NCBI GenBank assembly: GCA_003250395.1
Contig: QKGM01000009.1
Span: 19,788 to 83,787 of the forward strand
Reading direction: 5' to 3'
DNA from: Bacteroidota bacterium
GTDB taxonomy: Bacteria; Bacteroidota; Bacteroidia; Bacteroidales; TTA-H9
Length of the DNA stretch: 64,000 bases
Below, piece by piece: positions 47,677 to 56,017 of this stretch. Each line of letters begins with the position of its first letter. Positions within the stretch are counted from its first letter, which is position 1. The notes below the pieces were generated by a model. The model worked only from the letters and a program-made list of their open reading frames with translations, made no database searches and was not told where the DNA came from. A program made the position numbers and the translations under genes.

Positions 47677-48369
47677 ATGAAAATAAAACGAATCCCAAAC
47701 TTATTCCTGACTATCCTATTACTGATAATGGTTACTTCATGTTCAAAGGTAGAAACGACTTACTACCCTGATAATAGAGTCAGTTCAGAGGTAACAATGA
47801 AATATAACAAAAAGAACGGCAGAGCCCGCTACTATTATACCAACGGTTCACTCCAGCAGGAAACCTACTTTAAAGATGATAAAGCACACGGAATTTTGCG
47901 AAGGTGGAAAGCCACCGGGATATTACTCTGCGAGGAGCGTTACACCGAAGGATTGAAAAACGGCATCGCTTCAACCTGGGATGAAAAGGGGCACAAAGTA
48001 AGCCTTTCGACCTACCGGAACGATACCCTCGATGGCTTGTCGAAAGAGTGGTACGAAACCGGAAGTCTGCGTCTCGAAGGAAATTATAAACAGGGAATGT
48101 TTGACGGGCGTTGGATTTGGCTGAGTCAGGAAGGAAAAATAGTTGGTGAAGGCAACTTCAGCAAGGGTACCGGGATTGTAAAATCTTTCTATCTGAATGG
48201 AAAGTTAGCAGCTATAACACCATATACCAGTAATGAAAAAGATGGTCAGGAAGTTGCATGGGACGATTCGGGGAATATAAAACTCAAACGACAATGGAAA
48301 ATGGGGAGAATAGTAATTCCCGACAGTATAGATCAGCAGGCTTCACCCGACAAAGACAATATTAAGTAA
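47677..48369 (+). CDS. MORN-variant repeat (YwqK-like) lipoprotein
   Basis: Start at MKIKRIPNLFLTILLLIMVTSC (lipobox). Repeated G..G....Y...G motifs are characteristic of the MORN-variant repeat. Confidence 0.6.
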   Translation: MKIKRIPNLFLTILLLIMVTSCSKVETTYYPDNRVSSEVTMKYNKKNGRARYYYTNGSLQQETYFKDDKAHGILRRWKATGILLCEERYTEGLKNGIASTWDEKGHKVSLSTYRNDTLDGLSKEWYETGSLRLEGNYKQGMFDGRWIWLSQEGKIVGEGNFSKGTGIVKSFYLNGKLAAITPYTSNEKDGQEVAWDDSGNIKLKRQWKMGRIVIPDSIDQQASPDKDNIK

Positions 48370-48421
48370 CCCGTATGGCAAACTACTTAAAATCAAAGAA
48401 AAAAATTCGATTGTCTTACGA

Positions 48422-48467
48422 TTAACGAATTGAATAAAACCATACCTTTGTGGTGTTAATTCGTTAA
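48422..48467. promoter_or_regulatory. Perfect 10-bp inverted repeat bracketing the gdhA -7 box (candidate operator)
   Basis: TTAACGAATT (48422-48431) and AATTCGTTAA (48458-48467), separated by 26 nt that contain the -7 box. Confidence 0.4.
48443..48450 (+). promoter_or_regulatory. -7 box (TACCTTTG) for gdhA
   Basis: Exact TAnnTTTG, 77 nt upstream of ATG 48527. It sits between the arms of a perfect 10-bp inverted repeat. Confidence 0.5.
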
Positions 48468-48526
48468 CAGTATTTATAAAACGCTTTTAAAATATTAAAC
48501 GTTTTTAACCTCACAAAATCATCAAA

Positions 48527-49861
48527 ATGAATCTTGAACGAATAGTTGCTGAGCTCGAAAAAAACAATCCTGCTCAGCCGGAGTTTCTCCAGGCCGCACG
48601 TGAAGTTCTCGAAACTATCGCTGACTTCGTAAATGAAAATCCTCAGTATGATGCTCATAAAATAATTGAGCGTCTTGTTGAACCTGATCGTATCATCCAG
48701 TTCCGCGTAACATGGGTTGACGATAACGGCGATGTACAGGTAAACCGTGGATACAGAGTGCAATTCAACAATGCAATAGGCCCTTACAAAGGCGGCCTGA
48801 GATTCCACCCAAGTGTTAACCTTTCAATCCTGAAATTCCTTGGTTTTGAACAGATCTTCAAAAACAGCCTGACTACCCTACCCATGGGTGGTGCTAAGGG
48901 CGGATCTGATTTTAATCCCAAAGGAAAATCAGACAACGAAATTATGCGTTTCTGCCAGGCCTTTATGACCGAACTATGGCAGAATATTGGACCCGAAACT
49001 GATGTCCCAGCCGGTGACATAGGTGTTGGTGGCCGTGAAATCGGATTCCTCTACGGCATGTGGAAGAAACTTACCCGTGAGCACGTTGGTGTTCTCACCG
49101 GAAAAGGTCGTAACTGGGGTGGTTCACTTATCCGTCCAGAAGCTACCGGTTTTGGTGGCGTTTATTTCACACGTGAAATGCTCGAAACCAAAGGTACCAG
49201 CTTCGAAGGTAAAACCGTTGCCGTTTCTGGTTTTGGTAATGTTGCATGGGGTGCTATCATTAAAGCTAATGAATTTGGCGCTAAAGTAGTTACCATTTCT
49301 GGACCCGATGGTTACATATATGATCCGGATGGCATTACCGGCGAAAAGGTTGACTATATGCTTGAACTTCGCTCCTCAAATAATGATGTAGTAAAACCTT
49401 ATGCTGAAAAATACGGTGTTGAATTCTTCCCGGGCCAGAAACCATGGAATGTAAAATGCGACATCGCTATGCCTTGTGCTACCCAGAACGAACTTAACGG
49501 TGACGATGCAAAAAAACTCGTTGCCAATGGTGTTATGTGCGTCTCTGAGTGCTCTAACATGGGCTGCACTCCTGAAGCTATTAATTACTTCATCGAACAC
49601 AAAATCATGTACGGACCAGGTAAAGCTGTCAATGCTGGTGGAGTTGCCGTTTCAGGACTCGAAATGTCTCAGAACAGTGAAAAACTCAGCTGGTCACGTG
49701 AAGAAGTTGATGAGAAACTTCTCAACATCATGAAGAATATCCATGAAAACTGCGTGAAGTATGGCAAACAACCCGATGGCTATATCAATTATATGAAGGG
49801 TGCCAACGTTGCCGGTTTCATTAAAGTAGCAGACGCCATGCTCGATCAGGGCGTAATTTAA
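48527..49861 (+). CDS. gdhA: NADP-specific glutamate dehydrogenase
   Basis: 444 aa. Catalytic Lys region LPMGGAKGGSDF and Rossmann GFGNVAWG. Followed by a canonical terminator. Confidence 0.95.
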   Translation: MNLERIVAELEKNNPAQPEFLQAAREVLETIADFVNENPQYDAHKIIERLVEPDRIIQFRVTWVDDNGDVQVNRGYRVQFNNAIGPYKGGLRFHPSVNLSILKFLGFEQIFKNSLTTLPMGGAKGGSDFNPKGKSDNEIMRFCQAFMTELWQNIGPETDVPAGDIGVGGREIGFLYGMWKKLTREHVGVLTGKGRNWGGSLIRPEATGFGGVYFTREMLETKGTSFEGKTVAVSGFGNVAWGAIIKANEFGAKVVTISGPDGYIYDPDGITGEKVDYMLELRSSNNDVVKPYAEKYGVEFFPGQKPWNVKCDIAMPCATQNELNGDDAKKLVANGVMCVSECSNMGCTPEAINYFIEHKIMYGPGKAVNAGGVAVSGLEMSQNSEKLSWSREEVDEKLLNIMKNIHENCVKYGKQPDGYINYMKGANVAGFIKVADAMLDQGVI

Positions 49862-49886
49862 TCAAACACACCAACCAGATTGTATA

Positions 49887-49918
49887 AAGCCACCCCTGTG
49901 TAGGGGTGGCTTTTTTTT
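49887..49918 (+). terminator. Intrinsic terminator of gdhA
   Basis: GCCACCCCT (49889-49897) / AGGGGTGGC (49902-49910), GTGT loop, followed by T8. Confidence 0.9.
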
Positions 49919-50022
49919 CCATCTTTGTATACCTTTTCATCACTAATTAAACGGCCCCTTATTTATTATAGCAAACTAATTCCCAATCTTTTTTTTGATC
50001 TGCTAATTCAAACCTTTCTTCT

Positions 50023-50511
50023 ATGTCAATCATTATTCGACAGGGTACGGCAGAAGATCTGCCTGCTGTACTACAACTCATCAAAGAACTGGCAGCCTAC
50101 GAAAAAGCGCCAGACGAGGTAACGTTAACATTCGAAGATATGTACAATGATGGCTTTGGCGAAAAGCCACTTTTTGAGCTGATTGTTGCCGATTCTGAGG
50201 GAGTAATTCAGGGGATGGCACTCTACTTCTACAGTTATTCTACATGGAAAGGGAGATGCATCTATCTTGAAGATATCGTCGTAAAAGAAAATGCACGTCG
50301 CCAGGGGATCGGATCAAAACTATTTAAGGCATTGATCAGTAAAGCCCGTGATTTCGGAGCTCAACGACTACAATGGCAGGTACTTGACTGGAATCAGTCA
50401 GCGATCGACTTCTACAAAAAAATCAACGCTGAACTAGACCCCACCTGGATAAACTGCAAACTAACATCCCTGCAGATCAATGCTTTCCCGGAATCCGGGT
50501 TCGGCGATTAG
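50023..50511 (+). CDS. GNAT family N-acetyltransferase (diamine/spermidine acetyltransferase-like)
   Basis: 162 aa. Acetyl-CoA binding motif RRQGIGSKLFKAL. Confidence 0.8.
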   Translation: MSIIIRQGTAEDLPAVLQLIKELAAYEKAPDEVTLTFEDMYNDGFGEKPLFELIVADSEGVIQGMALYFYSYSTWKGRCIYLEDIVVKENARRQGIGSKLFKALISKARDFGAQRLQWQVLDWNQSAIDFYKKINAELDPTWINCKLTSLQINAFPESGFGD

Positions 50512-50565
50512 CCCAATCTGAATTACAGGCATACACGAAAAAAGAATGGATTAATATAACACTGG

Positions 50566-50600
50566 CTCAGCTTAAAACCATTAAGCAGAGCGATTTATTC
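50566..50600 (+). terminator. Possible terminator after the GNAT gene
   Basis: CTCAGCTTAA (50566-50575) / TTAAGCAGAG (50581-50590), 10-bp stem with one mismatch, then CGATTTATTC. This is a weak, AT-rich hairpin. Confidence 0.35.
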
Positions 50601-50681
50601 ATAACCGAAAAACTTACAGTAGGCTAACGGGTGTTATACAGCCAGGTAAATCCAGTCGATCAGGTAAAATCACGTAATCTA

Positions 50682-51641
50682 TTATCGTTTCACCTGTTCC
50701 CAGAAAGCAGCTTCAGGTCTTGCACCAATTACTCCGATAACAGCAGCGGCAAGCTTTGTACCGAGCTCAGCAGCTTCCTTAAGTGATTGTTGTGTACCGA
50801 TACCATATAAAAATCCGGAGGCAAACAGGTCGCCAGCACCAGTAGTATCAATCGGGCGGACTCTCAACGCGGGTACATGCACCTGTTTATGTCCGCTCTT
50901 TACAAGTGCACCCCTGCTGCCAATCTTTACAACAGCAATGTCAGCCATTTTGGCGATCTCGCTGATAGCATCTTCTGGCTCAAGACCGGTAAACGCTTTT
51001 GCCTCTTCTTCGTTGGCAAAAATTACATGTAGTTTTTCAGCCATTATTTCCTTTAGAAACTCAAGATTATCAGCTACTACATTGAAACTTGCCAGGTCTA
51101 TTGAAATCAGACATCCTGCCTGACGAGCCAGAGCGATAGCTCTACGCATCAAATCATGATTCTGTACCAGATAACCTTCGATATGGAAATAAGTATATCC
51201 CATGAATAACTCAGGGGTCAGGTCATCGGCAGAAAGCTCAACGGCAGACCCCAGATAGGTTCCAAATGTTCGCTCTGAATCGGGTGAAACCAGGGCAGCA
51301 GCCAGACCTGATGGCTGACTCCCAAATGACAATAAAGGCTTTATACCAGCGGCTTCGATATCAGACCTGAAAAAATGACCTACTTCATCATCTCCGATTT
51401 TCCCTATAAAAGCTGTATTGGCACCCAAAGAAGCCAATCCAAAAATGGTATTGGAAGCCGAACCTCCGGCAACCTGAATGGTAGGTCTGTCTTTACAGGC
51501 CTCCCGAATAGCAGCCGATTTATTGGCATCCACCAATTGCATACTCCCTTTGGGCAATCCAAGTCGACGCAACAATTGATCACTTTCAATTTGTATCATC
51601 TTATCTACAAGGGCATTACCCATTCCGAGAACCGTTACCAT
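50682..51641 (-). CDS. PfkB family carbohydrate/nucleoside kinase (adenosine kinase-like)
   Basis: 319 aa. GGSASNT di-Gly region and the C-terminal DTTGAGDLFASGFLYG signature. Confidence 0.8.
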   Translation of the reverse strand: MVTVLGMGNALVDKMIQIESDQLLRRLGLPKGSMQLVDANKSAAIREACKDRPTIQVAGGSASNTIFGLASLGANTAFIGKIGDDEVGHFFRSDIEAAGIKPLLSFGSQPSGLAAALVSPDSERTFGTYLGSAVELSADDLTPELFMGYTYFHIEGYLVQNHDLMRRAIALARQAGCLISIDLASFNVVADNLEFLKEIMAEKLHVIFANEEEAKAFTGLEPEDAISEIAKMADIAVVKIGSRGALVKSGHKQVHVPALRVRPIDTTGAGDLFASGFLYGIGTQQSLKEAAELGTKLAAAVIGVIGARPEAAFWEQVKR

Positions 51642-51765
51642 ATCATGAATATTTATTAAATTAACTTAAAGTAGAAAAATTTTAAGCAAAGGTATTGAAT
51701 AATTCAAAAAAGACTCCGATATTTGCAGCCTCAAATCAGCTAACAAGCTGTCAAGAGAAAAACCT

Positions 51766-51839
51766 TCCTCCTTAGCTCAGTTGGTTAGAGCATCTGACTG
51801 TTAATCAGAGGGTCCCAGGTTCAAGTCCTGGAGGGGGAG
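51766..51839 (+). tRNA. tRNA-Asn (anticodon GTT)
   Basis: Folded by hand. Acceptor stem TCCTCCT/AGGGGGA (one G-U pair), D arm GCTC-AGTTGGTTA-GAGC, anticodon arm TCTGA-CTGTTAA-TCAGA, T arm CCAGG-TTCAAGT-CCTGG, discriminator G. CCA is not encoded. Confidence 0.95.
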
Positions 51840-51844
51840 CAACA

Positions 51845-51886
51845 ATCAGCCCGTCGTACACTGTATGACGGGCTGATTTGCGTTTA
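51845..51886 (+). terminator. Intrinsic terminator after tRNA-Asn
   Basis: ATCAGCCCGTC (51845-51855) pairs with GACGGGCTGAT (51867-51877), with further pairing inside. A T-rich tail follows (TTGCGTTT). Confidence 0.6.
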
Positions 51887-51920
51887 AAAGTCTGCATAAA
51901 TACCTGAAATTGAACATACG

Positions 51921-51942
51921 GATCACGACCAAAACCTGTGGG
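51921..51942. repeat. IS terminal inverted repeat (transposase 3' side)
   Basis: GATCACGACCAAAACCTGTGGG, 18/22 complementary to 53329-53350. Confidence 0.6.
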
Positions 51943-51954
51943 AGGCCATACTAA

Positions 51955-53284
51955 TTAAGCAAATAGTTTAGTAATTCTGAAGAGGAAGAAATTTATGTCA
52001 GTAACCCCACGAAGGTTTGCTCTAAAAGCTTTGATTTTGGCGTTGAATGACTCAGCGGAAGCATTTGTGCTTTTGTTATCGAAGTAATTGAGGATTCTCT
52101 GATAATGATTGGATATTGTCTTTGAAATTGTGTTAAATGATTTAAATCCAGCTTTCTCAACCATCTCATGCCATTTAGCTAATCTGCCATAAGCAAATAT
52201 CTTATCCTCTGTTTTAGAATATATCCAGGATAATCTTTGGGATAAGTCATAGGCTTGTTTGATATCTGGGTATCGCTCAAAAAGCAATTGGGCTCTAGTA
52301 ACTTGATTGTCTTTCCATTTATCCTCATGTTTGTACAACAGGTAACGGCTTCTTGCCAGGAGCTGCTTTAGCGTATCACCATTGGAGAGAAGCTCTGGCT
52401 GATAGTCGGTATTGTTTTTTTTAGCATCATTAATGGCTTCATTTTCCATGTCTATCGCTTGCCATCTATGTTTAATTCTTATTTCCTGTAAAGCTTCAAA
52501 AGCCAATTGTTGTACATGAAACCTGTCAATGACAATAGTGGCTTTAGGGAAGCAGCGACTAGCAATAAGATTCATATTACCAGCCAGATCCATTGTTATT
52601 TCCTCAACTTTATTTCTGGCTTTGGCAGGCAGTTTTTGTAGCATGGGTATGATCGCCTCTGAACTAGTCCCTTCTAAAATGGCTACCAATGTACCCTTCT
52701 TACCCTTGTTAGCTTTGTTGGTTACAATGGTATAGAGTTCGCCGTGAGATAATGATGTCTCATCAATGGATAAATGAGACCCCAGATTTTCAGGAAATAG
52801 TAGTCCTTTCTTTATATCTTCTTTTTGCACCCAATCTACAAAATCGCTCAGCCTTTTCTTGTAGTAACGATGTAATTTCCTGCCATTTACACCATAAAAA
52901 GATCCGATGGTCTCAATACTCTGAGCTTGCGTATCTACCCATTTCTTTTAAAAAAGCCGCGAATTCCTTGGTAATTCGTGTCCCTTTTGCTACTAAATCC
53001 CAGTCTCGATAGACAACTTCTCCGCTGTCCTCATTTAACCACCGACGCCTTGTTATGTGCAAGAAAACATGGTTTCCCCGGATTGGAAAATCCTGAACTG
53101 TAATCTCTTCGAAGAATCCCTTTGAGATAAGCTTATTCTCTTTGTATTCCTGTGGAATAATATTCAATTCTTTAAGGTAAAGATGAAGTACTTCCCCTTC
53201 CTTTTTAAACGTGGTAAGCTCAAAATACTCTTCGATAAACTCTGGTAAGATTAGTTTTATTAAGGTGCTATAGGAGTTGTCCAT
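51955..53284 (-). pseudogene. ISL3-like DDE transposase split by a +1 frameshift (ORFs 52913..53284 and 51955..52830)
   Basis: The N-terminal ORF (MDNSYSTLIKLILPEFIEEYFEL...QDFPIRGNHVFLHITRRRWLNEDSGE...VAKGTRITKEFAAFLKE) is the typical N-terminal region of Bacteroidota ISL3/ISAon1-type transposases. The second ORF carries the DDE core (SIDETS..., ITMDLAGN..., VIDRFHV). The downstream frame is open from 52947 and the upstream frame stops at 52913-52915, so the two frames overlap by about 32 nt. Confidence 0.75.
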
Positions 53285-53328
53285 AAATCGTTAAAATTTT
53301 TCCGCTAAGGTCTTTATTTCATCAATCC

Positions 53329-53350
53329 CCCACAACTTTTGATCTTGATC
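53329..53350. repeat. IS terminal inverted repeat (transposase 5' side)
   Basis: CCCACAACTTTTGATCTTGATC, the reverse complement partner of 51921-51942. Confidence 0.6.
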
Positions 53351-53438
53351 CTTATAGTTTTACACAAAGCAGGGATTATGAAACCACCGATATTCACCAG
53401 TCAGTTCTCAAGAATAAAAAACTATCGATTAAATAAAA

Positions 53439-54995
53439 CTACTTCGCCACCAGCGAAACAACCGGAATCAATATCTCTTCCATCGACACCCCTCCATGCT
53501 GGAAGGTATTTCTGTAGTGGTTGGCATAGTAGTTATAATTGTTGGGGTAAGCAAAAAAGTCATCAGTGCGGGCGAATATGATACTAGAACTAACGTTTTG
53601 CCGTGGTAACAGAATCTCTTCGGGTGTACGTACCGCAAAGACTTCCTTCTTGTTAAAATTAAGGTTTTTCCCGGTCTTAAATCGAAGATTAGTGTTGGTT
53701 TGCTTATCTCCTACAACTTTAACCGGTGATTGTACCCTGATGCTTCCATGATCGGTGGTGAGCAAAATATTAACCTTTTTTGAAGCGAGGTAACGAATGA
53801 TATCGATCAGCGGGGAATGTTCAAACCAACTACGGGTAAGGGAACGATAGGCGGGCTCATCGTCGGCCAGTTCGCGTATAATTTCCATTTCGGTGCGGGC
53901 ATGCGAGAGCATATCGACAAAATTGTATACCACCACATTCAGCTTGTTTTCCATCAGATTTGGAAGGCTATCCACAAGCTTCCTTCCCACACCAAGGTTC
54001 AGTACCTTTGTAAAGCTAAACCGGATATCACGTCCGTGTCGTTTAAGAAATTCGCCGAATAGTTCACCTTCATATTGATTTTTGGTCCCTTCATCCCACT
54101 CCTGTACCCAGTACTGTGGGTATTTTTTCTCAATTTCAGCCGGCATTAATCCAGAAAACAGTGAATTACGCGCAAATTGCGTCACAGTAGGAAGAATGCT
54201 ATAATATATATCGTCGGTTTCAATGCGAAACCCATCTTCAATTAAAGGCTGTAGTGTTTTCCATTGATCATACCGCAGGTTATCTATCAGTATCAGAAAA
54301 ACCGGTTCAGGTTTATCGAGCATCGGGAACAATTTCTCGCGTAGAAGCGTATGCGACATAAGCGGCTTGTCATTTGAACGGTTCCAAATCCATTCGGCAT
54401 AATTCTTCTCAACGAAACGGGTGAATACATTGTTGGCTTCTTCTTTCTGCATTTTAAGTATCTGCATCATGCTTTCATCACCCGAAAGGGTAAGCCGCAA
54501 TTCCCAGTCGACTAATTTCCTGTAGACTGCTTTCCATTCAGCAACTGACAAATTATTTGAAATCTCCATCCCTAAAGATCTGAATTCCTGCTGATAGGTA
54601 AATGAAGTTTTTTGACTTACAAGTTCCTTCGTATCAAGATTCTTCTTCAACGAGAGCAGCAACTGCTGAGGCTTTACCGGTTTAATGAGGTAATCACTGA
54701 TATTTGAGCCAATGGCCTCCTCCATAATGGTTTCCTCCTCGCTTTTGGTAATCATCACTACCGGCATACGGGGGTGAAGGTTTTTAATCAACTGAAGTGT
54801 TTCAAGTCCTGACAGACCTGGCATATTCTCATCGAGGAAAACAATATCATAGATATTATCTCTGATCAGGTCGATTGCTTCGTCTCCGTTGTTGGTAGTA
54901 TCCACATCATAACCTTTCTGTTCAAGAAAGATGATGTGCGCTTTGAGCATATCTATTTCGTCGTCGGCCCAGAGTATTTTAATCTTATTTTCCAT
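53439..54995 (-). CDS. porX: PorX-type T9SS response regulator (CheY-like receiver fused to a PglZ/alkaline-phosphatase-like domain)
   Basis: Start at MENKIKILWADDEIDMLKAHIIFLEQKGY. The receiver has an acceptor Asp in FLDENMPGLSGLETL and the ITKSEEE..AIG....DYLIKPV block. Both are near-identical in pattern to Porphyromonas gingivalis PorX as I recall it. A PglZ domain of about 380 aa follows. Confidence 0.88.
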   Translation of the reverse strand: MENKIKILWADDEIDMLKAHIIFLEQKGYDVDTTNNGDEAIDLIRDNIYDIVFLDENMPGLSGLETLQLIKNLHPRMPVVMITKSEEETIMEEAIGSNISDYLIKPVKPQQLLLSLKKNLDTKELVSQKTSFTYQQEFRSLGMEISNNLSVAEWKAVYRKLVDWELRLTLSGDESMMQILKMQKEEANNVFTRFVEKNYAEWIWNRSNDKPLMSHTLLREKLFPMLDKPEPVFLILIDNLRYDQWKTLQPLIEDGFRIETDDIYYSILPTVTQFARNSLFSGLMPAEIEKKYPQYWVQEWDEGTKNQYEGELFGEFLKRHGRDIRFSFTKVLNLGVGRKLVDSLPNLMENKLNVVVYNFVDMLSHARTEMEIIRELADDEPAYRSLTRSWFEHSPLIDIIRYLASKKVNILLTTDHGSIRVQSPVKVVGDKQTNTNLRFKTGKNLNFNKKEVFAVRTPEEILLPRQNVSSSIIFARTDDFFAYPNNYNYYANHYRNTFQHGGVSMEEILIPVVSLVAK

Positions 54996-55073
54996 GAGAA
55001 AAGGGGGTTTAGGTATAGCGGCTTCCAAACTGCCTGTCGGTCAATCGCTGATGTGAGAGAGGTATGCCGCATT

Positions 55074-55081
55074 CAAAAGTA
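55074..55081 (-). promoter_or_regulatory. -7 box (TACTTTTG) for porX
   Basis: Plus-strand CAAAAGTA, 79 nt upstream of ATG 54995 and downstream of the lpxA terminator. Confidence 0.5.
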
Positions 55082-55147
55082 ACAAATTCAAGGAGTAAAC
55101 GTTTCGCCTTTTGATTAATTATCCTGGGAATGGTTAAAGAATGTTAG

Positions 55148-55184
55148 GAAAAACAGAAAAGCCTCATGGCGAACCATAAGGCTT
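55148..55184 (-). terminator. Intrinsic terminator of the lpxD-lpxC/fabZ-lpxA operon
   Basis: On the minus strand: AAGCCTTATGG-TTCG-CCATGAGGCTT (11-bp stem with one G-U, TTCG tetraloop), then TTCTGTTTTT. It lies 25 nt after the lpxA stop. Confidence 0.8.
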
Positions 55185-55208
55185 ATAAAAAAACATCAAT
55201 TTCGGTAT

Positions 55209-56000
55209 TTATTCCTTGATATTCTTTCCAAGACCTTTCATAATACCCCTGCTCGAATTATCGATGAATCTAAGTATCTCATCACGCTCGGGTGTTGCAG
55301 GAACATCAGCTTCAATAAGATTGACTGCCTGACTAACATTAAGCCCTTTCAGATAGATGATTCGATAAACATTTTGAATCAGATTGATCTGATCGCTGGT
55401 AAATCCACGCCTGCGCAAACCGATAGAGTTGATCCCGACATAGGATAGCGGCTCACGGGCAGCTTTGGTATATGGAGGAACGTCCTTTCTGACCAGTGAT
55501 CCCCCACTAATCATAGTATGTGCCCCGATTTTACAAAACTGGTGTACAGCAGACAATCCACCTACAATAGCATAATCATCAATAGTGATGTGCCCTGCAA
55601 GCGTGGCCGCGTTCGCTAATATTACATTGTTACCAACAACGCAATCATGAGCGATATGTACATATGCCATCAAAAGACAATTATTCCCGACAATAGTCTC
55701 ATAGCTCGCCCTGGTGCCACGGTTAATGGTTACAAATTCACGGACAGTGGTATTATCGCCAATCTTCACGATGGTTTCTTCACCATTGAATTTCAAATCC
55801 TGAGGAATAGCAGAGACAACTGCTCCCGGGAAAATCTTACAATTCTTCCCAATCCGGGCTCCTTCCATAATGGTTACATTGGAACCGATCCAGGTACCTT
55901 CTCCGATTTCTACATTTTTCTCGATGTTCACAAACGGTTCGATCACCACGTTCTTGGCCACTTTAGCCTGTGGATGAACATATGCAAGGGGTTGGTTCAT
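55209..56000 (-). CDS. lpxA: Acyl-ACP-UDP-N-acetylglucosamine O-acyltransferase
   Basis: 263 aa, left-handed beta-helix hexapeptide repeats. Position after lpxC/fabZ. Confidence 0.95.
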   Translation of the reverse strand: MNQPLAYVHPQAKVAKNVVIEPFVNIEKNVEIGEGTWIGSNVTIMEGARIGKNCKIFPGAVVSAIPQDLKFNGEETIVKIGDNTTVREFVTINRGTRASYETIVGNNCLLMAYVHIAHDCVVGNNVILANAATLAGHITIDDYAIVGGLSAVHQFCKIGAHTMISGGSLVRKDVPPYTKAAREPLSYVGINSIGLRRRGFTSDQINLIQNVYRIIYLKGLNVSQAVNLIEADVPATPERDEILRFIDNSSRGIMKGLGKNIKE

Positions 56001-56017
56001 TTAGGAATAATTTAGAT

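Larger units (their letters stand above)
51921..53350 (-). mobile_element. ISL3-like (ISAon1-type) insertion sequence, about 1.43 kb
   Basis: Imperfect terminal inverted repeats: 51921-51942 GATCACGACCAAAACCTGTGGG against the reverse complement of 53329-53350 GATCAAGATCAAAAGTTGTGGG (18/22 match). They enclose a two-ORF DDE transposase. The ends could extend about 5 nt further. I could not find a convincing target-site duplication. Confidence 0.7.

Noticed and set aside
47677-48369. 'YwqK antitoxin'-type gene as part of a toxin-antitoxin pair
   Set aside because: It has a lipoprotein signal peptide (exported), no adjacent toxin-like ORF, and abuts the lolC/E gene. The MORN-variant repeat is a generic fold.
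48464-48808. 114-aa minus-strand ORF spanning the gdhA start
   Set aside because: It is antisense to gdhA and its promoter/leader, with no independent signals.
52946-52955. Programmed -1 ribosomal frameshift at the slippery heptamer T TTT TTA in the transposase
   Set aside because: After a -1 slip the reading frame is AAA AGA AAT GGG TAG, a stop after four codons. The downstream DDE frame is +1 relative to the upstream ORF, not -1. A 1-nt insertion in the A run explains it better.
53439-54995. PglZ domain as a marker of a BREX/Pgl phage-defence system next to an IS and a tRNA
   Set aside because: The PglZ domain is fused to a CheY-like receiver, and the protein matches the PorX pattern along its length. 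No PglX methyltransferase, BrxC ATPase, BrxL or other BREX genes are nearby. The neighbours are the lipid A operon and tRNA-Asn.
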